From Paramoeba atlantica (Eukaryota; Protista; Discosea): DNA of 64,000 nucleotides. How positions within the stretch are numbered: position 1 is the stretch's first letter; each line of letters begins with the position of its first letter. The DNA is taken from assembly GCA_977017575.1 (NCBI GenBank), contig CDRNVI010000045.1, positions 287,087-351,086 of the forward strand, given 5' to 3'. A model generated the notes under the pieces. The model was not told the origin of the DNA. It did not search any database and worked only from the letters and a program-made list of their open reading frames with translations. Shown piece by piece: positions 61,341-64,000 of the stretch. The translations under genes were made by a program, and so were the position numbers.

Positions 61341-64000
61341 AAAGAGGGAGAAAGAGGAAGAAAGAGGAAGAAAGAGGAAGAAAGAGGAAGAAAGAGGAAG
61401 AAAGAGGAAGAAAGAGGAAGAAAGAGGAAGAAAGAGGAAGAAAGAGGAAGAAAGAGGAAGAAAGAGGAAGAAAGAGGAAGAAAGAGGAAGAAAGAGGAAG
61501 AAAGAGGAAGAAAGAGGAAGAAAGAGGAAGAAAGAGGAAGAAAGAGGAAGAAAGAGGAAGAAAGAGGAAGAAAGAGGAAGAAAGAGGAAGAAAGAGGAAG
61601 AAAGAGGAAGAAAGAGGAAGAAAGAGGAAGAAAGAGGAAGAAAGAGGAAGAAAGAGGAAGAAAGAGGAAGAAAGAGGAAGAAAGAGGAAGAAAGAGGAAG
61701 AAAGAGGAAGAAAGAGGAAGAAAGAGGAAGAAAGAGGAAGAAAGAGGAAGAAAGAGGAAGAAAGAGGAAGAAAGAGGACGAAAGAGGACGAAAGAGGAAG
61801 AAAGAGGAAGAAAGAGGAAGAAAGAGGAAGAAAGAGGAAGAAAGAGGAAGAAAGAGGAAGAAAGAGGAAGAAAGAGGAAGAAAGAGGAAGAAAGAGGAAG
61901 AAAGAGGAAGAAAGAGGAAGAAAGAGGAAGAAAGAGGAAGAAAGAGGAAGAAAGAGGAAGAAAGAGGAAGAAAGAGGAAGAAAGAGGAAGAAAGAGGAAG
62001 AAAGAGGAAGAAAGAGGAAGAAAGAGGAAGAAAGAGGAAGAAGAGGAAGAAAGAGGAAGAAAGAGGAAGAAAGAGGAAGAAAGAGGAAGAAAGAGGAAGA
62101 AAGAGGAAGAAAGAGGAAGAAAGAGGAAGAAAGAGGAAGAAAGAGGAAGAAAGAGGAAGAAAGAGGAAGAAAGAGGAAGAAAGAGGAAGAAAGAGGAAGA
62201 AAGAGGAAGAAAGAGGAAGAAAGAGGAAGAAAGAGGAAGAAAGAGGAAGAAAGAGGAAGAAAGAGGAAGAAAGAGGAAGAAAGAGGAAGAAAGAGGAAGA
62301 AAGAGGAAGAAAGAGGAAGAAAGAGGAAGAAAGAGGAAGAAAGAGGAAGAAAGAGGAAGAAAGAGGAAGAAAGAGGAAGAAAGAGGAAGAAAGAGGAAGA
62401 AAGAGGAAGAAAGAGGAAGAAAGAGGAAGAAAGAGGAAGAAAGAGGAAGAAAGAGGAAGAAAGAGGAAGAAAGAGGAAGAAAGAGGAAGAAAGAGGAAGA
62501 AAGAGGAAGAAAGAGGAAGAAAGAGGAAGAAAGAGGAAGAAAGAGGAAGAAAGAGGAAGAAAGAGGAAGAAAGAGGAAGAAAGAGGAAGAAGAGGAAGAA
62601 AGAGGAAGAAAGAGGAAGAAAGAGGAAGAAAGAGGAAGAAAGAGGAAGAAAGAGGAAGAAAGAGGAAGAAAGAGGAAGAAAGAGGAAGAAAGAGGAAGAA
62701 AGAGGAAGAAAGAGGAAGAAAGAGGAAGAAAGAGGAAGAAAGAGGAAGAAAGAGGAAGAAAGAGGAAGAAAGAGGAAGAAAGAGGAAGAAAGAGGAAGAA
62801 AGAGGAAGAAAGAGGAAGAAAGAGGAAGAAAGAGGAAGAAAGAGGAAGAAAGAGGAAGAAAGAGGAAGAAAGAGGAAGAAAGAGGAAGAAAGAGGAAGAA
62901 AGAGGAAGAAAGAGGAAGAAAGAGGAAGAAAGAGGAAGAAAGAGGAAGAAAGAGGAAGAAAGAGGAAGAAAGAGGAAGAAAGAGGAAGAAAGAGGAAGAA
63001 AGAGGAAGAAAGAGGAAGAAAGAGGAAGAAAGAGGAAGAAAGAGGAAGAAAGAGGAAGAAAGAGGAAGAAAGAGGAAGAAAGAGGAAGAAAGAGGAAGAA
63101 AGAGGAAGAAAGAGGAAGAAAGAGGAAGAAAGAGGAAGAAAGAGGAAGAAAGAGGAAGAAAGAGGAAGAAAGAGGAAGAAAGAGGAAGAAAGAGGAAGAA
63201 AGAGGAAGAAAGAGGAAGAAAGAGGAAGAAAGAGGAAGAAAGAGGAAGAAAGAGGAAGAAAGAGGAAGAAAGAGGAAGAAAGAGGAAGAAAGAGGAAGAA
63301 AGAGGAAGAAAGAGGAAGAAAGAGGAAGAAAGAGGAAGAAAGAGGAAGAAAGAGGAAGAAAGAGGAAGAAAGAGGAAGAAAGAGGAAGAAAGAGGAAGAA
63401 AGAGGAAGAAAGAGGAAGAAAGAGGAAGAAAGAGGAAGAAAGAGGAAGAAAGAGGAAGAAAGAGGAAGAAAGAGGAAGAAAGAGGAAGAAAGAGGAAGAA
63501 AGAGGAAGAAAGAGGAAGAAAGAGGAAGAAAGAGGAAGAAAGAGGAAGAAAGAGGAAGAAAGAGGAAGAAAGAGGAAGAAAGAGGAAGAAAGAGGAAGAA
63601 AGAGGAAGAAAGAGGAAGAAAGAGGAAGAAAGAGGAAGAAAGAGGAAGAAAGAGGAAGAAAGAGGAAGAAAGAGGAAGAAAGAGGAAGAAAGAGGAAGAA
63701 AGAGGAAGAAAGAGGAAGAAAGAGGAAGAAAGAGGAAGAAAGAGGAAGAAAGAGGAAGAAAGAGGAAGAAAGAGGAAGAAAGAGGAAGAAAGAGGAAGAA
63801 AGAGGAAGAAAGAGGAAGAAAGAGGAAGAAAGAGGAAGAAAGAGGAAGAAAGAGGAAGAAAGGGAAGAAAGAGGAAGAAAGAGGAAGAAAGAGGAAGAAA
63901 GAGGAAGAAAGAGGAAGAAAGAGGAAGAAAGAGGAAGAAAGAGAAGAAAGAGGAAGAAGAAAGAGGAAGAAAGAGGAAGAAAGAGGAAGAAAGAGGAAGA
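61341..64000 (+). repeat. (AAAGAGGAAG)n purine-only 10-bp tandem array running to the window end
   Basis: About 265 units, highly homogeneous; first unit AAAGAGGGAG, two AAAGAGGACG variants at 61771-61790, scattered indels. Confidence 0.97.

Overview
This is a eukaryotic window with no recognisable host genes, made almost entirely of nested mobile elements and ending in about 2.66 kb of (AAAGAGGAAG)n. A repeated 36-39 nt sequence (AATCTTTAACGATAAAGATACAGTTTCTGTACCTTGTTG) resembles a kinetoplastid/diplonemid spliced leader (SL), which points to a euglenozoan host (inference). Contents: (1) about 20 full or partial CRE/SLACS-like non-LTR retrotransposons (RT plus restriction-like endonuclease), several starting with SL sequence; (2) one APE-type (RTE-like) LINE split by two CRE insertions with target-site duplications (TSDs); (3) a tyrosine-recombinase retrotransposon with intact A1-B1-A2-B2 split direct repeats, whose RT is split by a 2.94-kb pogo-like DNA transposon carrying a Ulp1-like protease domain; (4) two related TIR non-autonomous elements; (5) several hairpin-rich non-coding islands. 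The most novel-looking signal is a compact covarying RNA motif (CCC-G-[5-bp hairpin]-TAARNAAYTA-GGG), found six times including a tandem triple, which I cannot assign to a known family. All assignments come from reading the sequence by eye; no searches or folding programs were run.
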